In this document: piece after piece, positions 10,178 to 19,051 of the stretch
Layout: every line of letters begins with the position of its first letter
Position numbering within the stretch: position 1 is the stretch's first letter
From: Candidatus Eiseniibacteriota bacterium
Lineage (GTDB): Bacteria > Eisenbacteria > RBG-16-71-46 > CAIMUX01 > VGJL01
Reading direction: 5' to 3'
DNA: 64,000 nt
Assembly: GCA_041946735.1 (NCBI GenBank)
Contig: JBHGAY010000004.1
Span: 150,292-214,291 of the forward strand
The notes under the pieces: generated by a model
The model's input: only the letters and a program-made list of their open reading frames with translations
What the model was told of the DNA's origin: nothing
The model's database searches: none
Translations under genes and position numbers: made by a program

Positions 10178-12999
10178 CACCCAAGCTCCGCGCGCGCATC
10201 CTCGGGCTCGGGCTCGCGCTCACCCTCACTCTCACTCTCACTCTTGCGCTCGCGCTTGCACCCGTCGGGGAGCCCGCTGCCCGCGAGACCGGAGCCGAAT
10301 CCCCCGACTTCCTCGCCTTCCGGCGAGCGGTCGCGCTCGGCCTCGAGCCCGCGCTCGTCCACGTCTTCGCCGACGATTCCGTTCTCGCCCTCGTCGACGG
10401 GGGAGCGCAGCTCCGCATCGACAGCGACGGCGACGGCCGGATCGACATGCTCGCCTGGCGCGAAGGAGAGGCGCGCGTCGTCGCGATCGACGAGGACGGC
10501 GACCTCGCGCCCGGCGCCGCCCGCCCCGACACCGACAGCGACACCTACGTCGCGGACGCCCGCGGCGCGGGCGCGCCGGACCGGATGGTCGCCTACACGG
10601 ACCTCGACGGCGACGGCGACGCGGACCGGCAGGAGATCTACGAGATCTCCGGAGGAACGCTCTCTTCGAAGGGAATCGGCGTGACGATCGTCTTCGACCT
10701 CGACGACGACGATCGCTTCTTTCAGCTGAGCGGCTATGGCTATCACGCGAACCGCGACCAGTGGGGCAGCGACTTCGACGGGGACGGAATGTTCGTCGCT
10801 GGATGGCGCGACGACGCGACCGGAGTCTGGACCTCCGCCTGGGAGAATCCGTTCTGCTTCTACGACGCCGACGGCGACGGCGCGACCGACGAAGCGCTGC
10901 GCTTCGAGGGAGAGAATCTCGACATCGCCTCGATCCGCTGGAGCGTCGACGCCGATGGAGACGCCTCGCCCTCCTCCCCGCGCGACTACGACTTCTCGGT
11001 GACCGCGCTCGGCCCCGTCCTCCTTCCGGCGGCGTTCGCCGACAGCGTGCGCCTACGCGACGGTGGGACGATCCGGTTCGTCTCCTGGGCCCGCGCCCGC
11101 GAAGCGATGCGGTGGGGCCTCTGGCGCTCCGCGCTCCTCGTCTGGGACGAGGACGACGCGAACGTCGCGCCGTACTCCGAGGATCCGGCGCGCGAGCGCT
11201 GGGAGGGAGTGATCGCCGAAGCCTTCCGCGGCTTTCCCGCCGTTGGGGGACCGGGGACAGGGCACATCCACAAGCGCTACGAGATCGACCGCGACGGTTC
11301 CGGGCGGCTCGGCCTGTACTGGAGCGGGATCGACGACCGCATCCATCTGCTCGGAGCGGAGGAAGGCGAGACCAGCGTCGCGATTCCTTCCACGCCGCCC
11401 ATCGAGAGGACGATCCGCGCCTACGACGACGACGGCAACGGCTTCTTCGATCACTGGGCGTTCGCGCTCGGCGGCCGTTCCGATGCTCCGGCGCGCGACG
11501 TCCGGCCGCCCGGCGAGGCGGCGCGGCCGCTTCCGCCCGGACTGCGGGAGGTCCAGCGGTTCTACGGCCCGGCGCTGCGCGCGGCGCGCGATCGCGCTGT
11601 CGCCGAGACACGGCAGCTCGCCGGCTCGCTCGCCCAGCGCCGGCCCGATCCGGTGCGACGGTGGTGGCTCGAGGCGAGGGATCGCAACGACCCGCTCGCC
11701 GTCCGCGCGGAGAGGAGCCTCGAGACGGAACGCTACCTGGACGACCTCGTCCTGCTGGAGATGGGCGGCGGGTTCCTCGCGAGCGAGGCGCGGCCGGCGC
11801 GACCGGCGTCGGCGTTCGACGTCGAGATCGCAGCGCCGGCCGCCGCGGAGGACAGCCCGGAGACCGCCATGACGATCGCGATCGCGGACGTCCCCGGCGC
11901 GGCTCGCGCGATCCTCGATCCGTGGAGCCGCATCGAGGCGATCCCGGTTGCGGACCGCGGCGATCGGATCGTCGGCCACGATCGAACCCACCGCCGAGAC
12001 GATCGAACCCACCGCCGCGACGACCCGATCCCCGGCGATCAGGACCGGATCGCCGGCCAGCCCGAGGACTACGACGGCGATGGCCAGGTCGACCTTCTCT
12101 ACTTCCCTCATGTGGTGCCACCGGACGACGCGGAGCCGCCCGGCCGGCTACGCATCGAGATCGATCCGGCGCGTCCCCTTCCTCTCCCCGAAGGAACGCG
12201 CGTCGATCCGTTCCTCGGCCGGTCGATCGCGATCGAGTCGGCGGCGGCTGCGTTTCGCACCTACGACGGCAAGGTCGACCTCCTCGCGAAGCGCGCCCCG
12301 CGCCTGATCCTCAAGGGGGATCTGGGGAACGTTCACGAAATGCGGAGCTGGGGCATCGACCCCCTCGACATCGGCGACGGCCCGGGCATCGGCGGCCCTT
12401 ACGTCCGGACCTTCCGGGCGCAGGACGCGCATGCGCAGGAATGGATTCCTATGTTCGGAAGCGACGCCGTCCTCGGCGCCCGCGTGCTCGTGGCTGGCCC
12501 GCTGCGCTCGGTCGTCGAGGTCCAGCTGGCTCGCGGGCAGACGCGCGCCCGCCGCCGCCTCGAGATGCGATCCGGGTCGCCCGTCCTACGCGAGGAGTTC
12601 GTCCTCGAGGCGCCCGACTCGATTCTCGTCGCCTTCGCGCTGCCGCCCCTCGAAGTCCACGGGACGATGGAAGCGTCCGGCGATGGCCAGCCCGGCGCCA
12701 TCTGGAGCTTCGGCGTCTCCGCGCCGGGCGCCGGGGCGCTCGGGCTCGCGGGAGCAGGAGGACGCGACCTCTCGCCGGCACGCGCGGAGGAGCCGGACGG
12801 AGCGCGCAGCGCCGGCGCCTCGCCGGAGCCTGCATTGAAGCGCGTCGCGCGTCGCGGAGAACCGATCCGCCTGCTATGGGTCGCGGGCGGCGAGATATCC
12901 GGGGACTCGAGCGCGGCCGCATGGACGACGCGAGCGACCGCGCTCCTGCGGGATCCCGGGCTTGCCGGATCCGAATCCGCAAGTCCCCCTCGGCCCTGA
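10174..12999 (+). CDS. Large secreted protein with many DxDxDG Ca-binding motifs and a DUF4861-like C-terminal domain
   Basis: ATGA overlap with pfkB stop; signal peptide; DSDGDG, DEDGD, DLDGDG, DADGDG, DRDGSG, DDDGNG, DYDGDG; C-terminal IESAAAAFRTY...WGIDPLDIGDGPGIGG recalls DUF4861. Confidence 0.65.
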   Translation: MTPKLRARILGLGLALTLTLTLTLALALAPVGEPAARETGAESPDFLAFRRAVALGLEPALVHVFADDSVLALVDGGAQLRIDSDGDGRIDMLAWREGEARVVAIDEDGDLAPGAARPDTDSDTYVADARGAGAPDRMVAYTDLDGDGDADRQEIYEISGGTLSSKGIGVTIVFDLDDDDRFFQLSGYGYHANRDQWGSDFDGDGMFVAGWRDDATGVWTSAWENPFCFYDADGDGATDEALRFEGENLDIASIRWSVDADGDASPSSPRDYDFSVTALGPVLLPAAFADSVRLRDGGTIRFVSWARAREAMRWGLWRSALLVWDEDDANVAPYSEDPARERWEGVIAEAFRGFPAVGGPGTGHIHKRYEIDRDGSGRLGLYWSGIDDRIHLLGAEEGETSVAIPSTPPIERTIRAYDDDGNGFFDHWAFALGGRSDAPARDVRPPGEAARPLPPGLREVQRFYGPALRAARDRAVAETRQLAGSLAQRRPDPVRRWWLEARDRNDPLAVRAERSLETERYLDDLVLLEMGGGFLASEARPARPASAFDVEIAAPAAAEDSPETAMTIAIADVPGAARAILDPWSRIEAIPVADRGDRIVGHDRTHRRDDRTHRRDDPIPGDQDRIAGQPEDYDGDGQVDLLYFPHVVPPDDAEPPGRLRIEIDPARPLPLPEGTRVDPFLGRSIAIESAAAAFRTYDGKVDLLAKRAPRLILKGDLGNVHEMRSWGIDPLDIGDGPGIGGPYVRTFRAQDAHAQEWIPMFGSDAVLGARVLVAGPLRSVVEVQLARGQTRARRRLEMRSGSPVLREEFVLEAPDSILVAFALPPLEVHGTMEASGDGQPGAIWSFGVSAPGAGALGLAGAGGRDLSPARAEEPDGARSAGASPEPALKRVARRGEPIRLLWVAGGEISGDSSAAAWTTRATALLRDPGLAGSESASPPRP

Positions 13000-13083
13000 C
13001 GATCAGGCCACCCTTCAAAGGGAATGCGGTAGCATCAGCGGACCGCCGGGCAACCGAGACGCCCCGGAGGGGCGTCAAACCCG

Positions 13084-13113
13084 TTGACACCGAAGCGTGC
13101 CCGTCCCTAGGCT
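13084..13113 (+). promoter_or_regulatory. Putative sigma70 promoter of the alpha-oxoamine synthase gene
   Basis: TTGACA-18 nt-TAGGCT about 70 nt upstream of the start codon. Confidence 0.45.
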
Positions 13114-13184
13114 CGCTTGGAGTTTTTGACCCTGTGCTTCGTGGAGGCAGCAGCCTGCGCGACGACCTGAGGAGAGGAAGCCAA

Positions 13185-14399
13185 ATGGCGGAGGCGATGG
13201 AGCGGCTGGAGTCGGTCGATCTTTTCGAACGGTGTCGAGCCTTCACCCGGGCGAAAGAGGCGCAAGCGGCCGGCCTCTATCCCTACTTCGTTCCCATCGC
13301 GGGGTCCGAAGGGACCGAGGTCACCATCAAGGGCCACCGCCTGATCATGCTCGGCTCCAACAATTATCTGGGACTCACCCACGATCCTCGCGTGCTCGAC
13401 GCGGCGGAGAAGGCGGCCCGGCAGTACGGCAGCGGCTGCACGGGCAGCCGGTTCCTGAACGGCAACCTCGACCTCCACGAGGACCTCGAGCGCGAGCTGG
13501 CTCGCCTGGTCGGCAAGGACGCGGCGCTCGTCTTCTCGACCGGCTTCCACGTCAACCTCGGCGTGATCTCGAGCCTGATCGGACGCGAAGACGTCGTCGT
13601 GATCGACAAGCTCGATCACGCGAGCATCGTCGACGGCGCGCTTCTCGCCCACGGTTCGACTCTCCGCTTCCGTCACAACGACATCGCCGATCTGGAGAAG
13701 GCGCTCCGCAAGGCGAAGGGCCACGGCGGCGGCATCTTGGTCGTGGTCGACGGAGTGTTCAGCATGGAGGGGGATCTCGCCGATCTTCCCGGCATCGTCC
13801 CGATGTGCCAGAAGTACGGGGCCCGGCTGATGGTCGACGAGGCGCATTCCATCGGCGTGATGGGGGCGACCGGCGCGGGGACGCACGAGCATTTCGACGT
13901 GACCGACAAGGTCGACATCCTCATGGGGACCTTCAGCAAGTCGTTCGCGTCGATCGGTGGGTTCGCGGCGGGGGACGAGACGGTCATCCACTACATCAAG
14001 CATCACGCCCGGTCGTTGATCTTCAGCGCCAGCCTTCCTCCGTATGCCGTGGCGACCGTCCACAAGTGCGTCGAGATCATGCAGAAGGAGCCGGAGCGCC
14101 GCGAGCGCCTCTGGGCGAACGCGCACCGCTTGCGCGACGGTCTGGTCGCCTCGGGCTTCGACATCGGAACCTGCTGCACGCCGATCGTTCCGATTCTCGT
14201 CGGCAACACGAACAAGACCTTCCTCTTCTGGAAGCTGCTCTTCGAGGGGGGAGTGTTCACCAATCCGGTGATCGCCCCCGCCGTACCTGAGAAGAGCTCG
14301 CGGATCCGGACGAGCCTGATGGCGACACACACCCCGGAGCAGGTCGACCGCGCCCTGGAGATCATCCGCAAGGCAGGAAAGAAGGCGGGCGTCATCTGA
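13185..14399 (+). CDS. PLP-dependent alpha-oxoamine synthase, probably serine palmitoyltransferase (BioF/Kbl family)
   Basis: MLGSNNYLGL, GCTGSRFLNG, HASIVDG, DEAH, GTFSKS (PLP Lys), RSLIFSAS; RBS GAGGAGAGG. Confidence 0.85.
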   Translation: MAEAMERLESVDLFERCRAFTRAKEAQAAGLYPYFVPIAGSEGTEVTIKGHRLIMLGSNNYLGLTHDPRVLDAAEKAARQYGSGCTGSRFLNGNLDLHEDLERELARLVGKDAALVFSTGFHVNLGVISSLIGREDVVVIDKLDHASIVDGALLAHGSTLRFRHNDIADLEKALRKAKGHGGGILVVVDGVFSMEGDLADLPGIVPMCQKYGARLMVDEAHSIGVMGATGAGTHEHFDVTDKVDILMGTFSKSFASIGGFAAGDETVIHYIKHHARSLIFSASLPPYAVATVHKCVEIMQKEPERRERLWANAHRLRDGLVASGFDIGTCCTPIVPILVGNTNKTFLFWKLLFEGGVFTNPVIAPAVPEKSSRIRTSLMATHTPEQVDRALEIIRKAGKKAGVI

Positions 14400-14451
14400 T
14401 CCTGATCGTGGCCCTCCAACGTCCGCTCCGTCCTTCGGGGGCCCGGCAGGC

Positions 14452-15108
14452 TCAGGGGAAGTAGGGAAGGAGCAGCCGCAGGTCGGCTCCACGCACGACG
14501 ACGTCCGCCTCGGCCACCAGCTCTTCGCACTTCGGGTTCAGCGCGACCGCAAATCCCGCTTCGCGAGCGACCGCGACGTCGTTGAAGGAATCCCCGACGA
14601 ACGCGCATCGCGCGAGCGGGATGTGCTCCCGTTCCGCGATCTCGCGCAAGGCCCGCGCCTTCCCCTCGACGTCGTACGGCGTCGCCTCGCATCCCGTCAG
14701 CCGGCCGCCCTCGTCGAACTGCAATCGGTTCAGGTAGACGTCGTCGAAGGGATGTTCCGGGAGGAGCCGGTCGAGGACGATGTCGAGCGTGCCGGAGATG
14801 ATGGCGAGCTTGTAGCCCCGGCGCTTCAGCTCGGCGAGCGTCTCGTGCGTCCCCTCGATCAGTCGCAGCCCGTCCATCGCGGCAAGGATCTGCTCGCGCG
14901 TCGCGCCGGCGCGCAGCCAATCGCCGACGTCCAGGGCGACCCACTCCGCATAGCGGATCCTTCCCTGCGAGTAGTCGAGGAAGCGCGTCCGGTCGACCGC
15001 GTCGTCTCCACGGAAGCGGCGGTTCAGGATCTCCCAGACGATCTTCTCCTCGTCGTGCACGACGAGGGTGCCGTCGACGTCGAAGCAGATCAGATCGTAG
15101 GGACGCAC
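14452..15108 (-). CDS. HAD-superfamily phosphatase (SerB-like, subfamily IB)
   Basis: FDVDGT, ISG, K, GDSFND motifs; GTG at 15108 with GGAGG. Confidence 0.85.
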   Translation of the reverse strand: MRPYDLICFDVDGTLVVHDEEKIVWEILNRRFRGDDAVDRTRFLDYSQGRIRYAEWVALDVGDWLRAGATREQILAAMDGLRLIEGTHETLAELKRRGYKLAIISGTLDIVLDRLLPEHPFDDVYLNRLQFDEGGRLTGCEATPYDVEGKARALREIAEREHIPLARCAFVGDSFNDVAVAREAGFAVALNPKCEELVAEADVVVRGADLRLLLPYFP

Positions 15109-15280
15109 CGGCGTTCCTCCTTCCCTGGAGAGCATACGCAAAGAAGAGCCTCGGGGAACGCGCCGGGGTACCGAAGCGAAGGAGGCGGCCCCGCGATGGA
15201 GCCGCCTCCCGGAAGGAGATGCCGCGCTCGCCGTGCGCGCGCGCCCACAAAGGGCGAGCGGCGGCTCGCGCCTCAGCGCG

Positions 15281-18200
15281 TCACTTCAGCATCACGAGAC
15301 GGCTCGAGCTCGACCGTCCCGACTGCTCGAGCCGCGCCCAGTAGACACCGCTCGGGAGCGGCCGTCCCCCATCGTCCCGGCCGTCCCAGACGACGGACCG
15401 CTCGCCCGCCTCACACCGCTCCTCGAGCAGCGTGCGGACGATCCGGCCCGAAGCGTCGACGACCTGCAGCCGCGCCGTCCCCGGCTCCGGCAACAGGAAG
15501 GAGAGGAGCGTCCGCGGATTGAACGGGTTCGGCTGCGCGGGAGCGAGATGGAGGGTCTGCAAGCCGACCGCGAACTCGGGAGCCGCCACCGTCGCGTCGA
15601 CCCCGCGAACCTCGATGTCGTCGATCATCCAGCCGGCGCCCGTACCGAGCGAATCGGACCCGAACCGGAAGCGGATCTGCACGAGCCCGGGGAATTCGGA
15701 GAGATCGACCTCCGTGCGCGTCCAGTCGAAATGACCGGAGAAGCATGCCGTCTGCTCCGCGAACGGTCCGCCGCGCTCGTGGATCACGTGCGTGTAGCCG
15801 CTGTCGGGAACGAGCGGAACGAACTCGCCGCCGTTGTGCGAGATCTCCAGCACCCCGCCGTCGTACGCGATCGCCGGATCCACGCTATCAGCCTCCGCAT
15901 CCATGCAATGCCAGAACGCGAGACGCGCCCCGGCGCCGAGGTTCAGAGGCGGAAGCATGAGCCGCGCGTCCTCGAGCGGCGCATAGCCGGTCGAGTCGCC
16001 GCCGCACTTCCACGCATGGGAGCCGCCCGGCGTCACGTTCCCGTCATCCGAGACGTGCCACTCGTCCGCGAAGCCTTCCGGCGCTTCGTGCGAGCAGCGA
16101 GGCGTCCCGTGGTCGACCGTCTCGAGGAAGCCGCCTGCGGGCAGGGAGATGTTGAGAATCTGGACGCGGCCGGTGGAGAGCGCGAGCCGGAGGCTGAAAT
16201 TGAGCTCGGAGCCGGCGAACTCCGGCGCGATCTCGAACCGGTAGGGCGCGGTCAGGTAGGCCGACTGCCCCGGCTCGAGAGTCGCCAGCTGCGCGAATCC
16301 GTTCGTGACGTGGATCATCGGATCGAGGCTCATCAGGCTCGCGTTGATCCCGTTCGCCGTCGCCGAACCGTAGTTGGTCAGGCTCAACGTCGCCGCGATC
16401 GCCTCTCCGGCGTCAGCCCGTCCGTCCCAGTCCCCCGTGCTGTCGTCGATGATCGCGTCACGGTAGGCGAGGTTCGGGGCGGAGATCCGAACGAGGACCG
16501 TGTCCCACCACGTCTGGAACTCGGTCGACGTGATCTTCACCTTGAGCGGAAGGTCGGACCCGTCGGCGGCGTTGCGGTCCGGCTTGAAGCTGAAGCCGTC
16601 GAGGCCCCACACCATCTGGTCCGGCGCGATGTCGCCGAAGGTGGCCGTCGAATCGTAGATGCTCGCGCCTCCCATCGACCGCAGCTTCGCCGTCACCCCA
16701 TGGGCGGGGTCGGTCCCCGTGTTGTGCAGCTGCATCGTCAGATCGTTCAGAACCCCCGCGATGGCGACGCCGCCGGTGAGACCCACTTCCTCGACATGCA
16801 CCATGGCGTTGCTCGGAGAGGTGACATTGACCGTTCCGAGATAGGTCTGCGCGTTGTACGCGGTGACGGTGAGGGTCAGCGAGGTCCCGACGGCGGGAAG
16901 AGGATCGACCGGAATCGTAGCGAGGCCCGAGCCGTCCGTGTAGGCGGAACCGTAGAGGACGTTGTTCGCGTAGAGCGCCACGCGCGCCCCCGCCACGCCC
17001 GTCACCTGCACCGGGAACGTCGCCTGGCCGTAGAGGAGGAGCGGCTCATGAACGACCGCGAGCGCGGCGGGGTTCGTGGTCCGCATCATGACGGTGCAGT
17101 CGCCGAAGAGGTTGTACTGCTCGACCAGCTTGATCCCTTCGTACCCCGGCCAGAGGTCCAGTCCCTTGCATGCGCCGTTGAAGCTCAGGCCTCCGAGGGT
17201 GTTGCGCTCCTCGTCGCAGAGCAGGCGCACCACCTCGGTCTGCATGTCGCACGGAGGCACCCACGAGGCGAGAGTCGACGCCGCGTAGATGCCGATCGCT
17301 CCCTTCGGAGCCGCAGCGGTCCCCGCGCGCAGCCACGCCTCGGCGAAGCACTCACCGTAGGTGAAGTCGCCGTTCGAGCAGGCAACGCTGCAGATGTAAG
17401 GGTTCTTGAAGCCGTTCGTGAGGGCGTAGACGTCGTTCACGTTGAAGCCGGTCGTCGACCAGGCGGTCGTCGATCCGTGGCCGATGTAGTTGACCAGGCT
17501 GCGCCCCTCGTTGATGGCATTGAAGATCTGCTGCTTCGTGGCGGTCGGATCGTAGATCTGGTCGACTTGCGTGTAGTTGTAGCCGAGCAGCACGTCGCGC
17601 AGCCAGTTGGCGCGCTGCCAGTCGTAGGCGCCGCCCCCGTACGCGTTGCTCGCGATGCCTGTCGCCAGGTGGTACCAGTCCCCCGCCGTCCCGATGTCCG
17701 GGGTCTTCTCATAGCGAATCGAACGGGACACCTGGGTCTCGACGTGAGTGGCGTTCTGCGCGGAGATGCGGGAGATCATCGCATCCGGGTAGTGGTCGTT
17801 GCCGCTGAGCATCACGTACATCGGGTCGGAGGGCGCGCCTTCCGCCGTTCCGGTCAGGTAGGGCATGCTCCCCGAATCGCCGACGAGGATGACGTAGGTG
17901 AGCGTCTGCGGCTCGTCGTAGAGGCTCTGGATGTACGCCTTCACCTGGCTGCCGGTCGATCCGACCTCGGAGAGTCTCTTCAGGATCGTCGGGATCCCCT
18001 TCTGCAGCTCCCACTGATAGAGGGGCAGGATCTGGTTGTAGTACGAGTCGGCCGTGAGGATCAGGCAACGCCCGGGCTCCGGGATCGGCGTGTAGCGAAG
18101 CCCGCCGCCTTCCCGCCAGTTCAGGAAGAGGTTGCCGTAGATCGAGGTGAACTCGGGATCGATCGAGGTCAGCTCCCGCGACCGCGCTAGCGGATTCTTC

Positions 18201-18796
18201 GCGGGCCCGGGGATCGGGGCGAGCTCGATCGTCATCCGCCGCGCGACCTCCAGCTTCTGCAGAACCGGGTTGTAGCGCACAGGCCGGATCTCGACGACGA
18301 CTCCGCGGAAGTCGCGGACGACGAACGGGTCGTACATCACCGCTTCCTGCGCCGGGAAGTACGCGTTCTTCGCATACGTCGCGCCGAACTGAAACGGCAC
18401 GGCGGCGGGATTGACGTTCCGCGTGAGGTGTCCCTTCGAGGGGACGATCGGGGCATCCAGAGGAAGCTCCTCGTAGGTGGCATCCAGGACGCGGAGGGCG
18501 ACGTTTGCGCGATCGCCGATCAGGATCGATTGTCGAAGGACCGGAAGCTCGGGCGCTCCGGCTTCCATCAACGCGGGCGCGTCCTCGAGCACGGGAAGGA
18601 GGCATGCCCTTCCGTCCGCGTCGATCGGGATTTGCTGTAGATCGCCCAGCTCCATCTCGATCACCACGTGATCGGGTTCGGAGGAGAGGACGCGGAACTC
18701 CGTCTGCGAAGCTCCGAACGCGGCGCCGCAGGCGAGAACGACGATAAGCAGAGCGACGAAGATGCAAATGCTGCGAGAAGGTCCGAGCTTCGACAT
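15281..18796 (-). CDS. Gingipain-like peptidase C25 with propeptide and C-terminal FlgD-Ig/T9SS-type domain
   Basis: Signal peptide, C25 propeptide (GAPELP...PSKG), catalytic YIGHG and VACSNG, YNLFGD; tail PNPFNP...VWDGRDDGG...SGVYW. Confidence 0.9.
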   Translation of the reverse strand: MSKLGPSRSICIFVALLIVVLACGAAFGASQTEFRVLSSEPDHVVIEMELGDLQQIPIDADGRACLLPVLEDAPALMEAGAPELPVLRQSILIGDRANVALRVLDATYEELPLDAPIVPSKGHLTRNVNPAAVPFQFGATYAKNAYFPAQEAVMYDPFVVRDFRGVVVEIRPVRYNPVLQKLEVARRMTIELAPIPGPAKNPLARSRELTSIDPEFTSIYGNLFLNWREGGGLRYTPIPEPGRCLILTADSYYNQILPLYQWELQKGIPTILKRLSEVGSTGSQVKAYIQSLYDEPQTLTYVILVGDSGSMPYLTGTAEGAPSDPMYVMLSGNDHYPDAMISRISAQNATHVETQVSRSIRYEKTPDIGTAGDWYHLATGIASNAYGGGAYDWQRANWLRDVLLGYNYTQVDQIYDPTATKQQIFNAINEGRSLVNYIGHGSTTAWSTTGFNVNDVYALTNGFKNPYICSVACSNGDFTYGECFAEAWLRAGTAAAPKGAIGIYAASTLASWVPPCDMQTEVVRLLCDEERNTLGGLSFNGACKGLDLWPGYEGIKLVEQYNLFGDCTVMMRTTNPAALAVVHEPLLLYGQATFPVQVTGVAGARVALYANNVLYGSAYTDGSGLATIPVDPLPAVGTSLTLTVTAYNAQTYLGTVNVTSPSNAMVHVEEVGLTGGVAIAGVLNDLTMQLHNTGTDPAHGVTAKLRSMGGASIYDSTATFGDIAPDQMVWGLDGFSFKPDRNAADGSDLPLKVKITSTEFQTWWDTVLVRISAPNLAYRDAIIDDSTGDWDGRADAGEAIAATLSLTNYGSATANGINASLMSLDPMIHVTNGFAQLATLEPGQSAYLTAPYRFEIAPEFAGSELNFSLRLALSTGRVQILNISLPAGGFLETVDHGTPRCSHEAPEGFADEWHVSDDGNVTPGGSHAWKCGGDSTGYAPLEDARLMLPPLNLGAGARLAFWHCMDAEADSVDPAIAYDGGVLEISHNGGEFVPLVPDSGYTHVIHERGGPFAEQTACFSGHFDWTRTEVDLSEFPGLVQIRFRFGSDSLGTGAGWMIDDIEVRGVDATVAAPEFAVGLQTLHLAPAQPNPFNPRTLLSFLLPEPGTARLQVVDASGRIVRTLLEERCEAGERSVVWDGRDDGGRPLPSGVYWARLEQSGRSSSSRLVMLK

Positions 18797-19051
18797 GCAC
18801 TGACTCCTTCGGCGGTGGAACCGCGGGAATGAGGCCCCTCGAGGGCAGGTCGAATCGAATGCGCTAATTGTAGCAGAAAGTCGCTCGTTTCGCTCCCTCG
18901 TCCTGCCGGAAAGTGCGCCGCGGCTCGATCCCTTGATCGATTCGATCCGCTGCTGGAGGACGATCCCGCCGTTTTGATAGACTTATGCCCGTTGCCTTGA
19001 GGCGCGGGGATTTCTCCCGCCGGTCGCTTTCCATCCGGAGGCAAAGCATCC

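Noticed and set aside
9780..13184. 1539-aa fusion upstream of the oxoamine synthase
   Set aside because: The extension is an alternate frame of the 10174-12999 gene; the enzyme has its own promoter, RBS and ATG at 13185.
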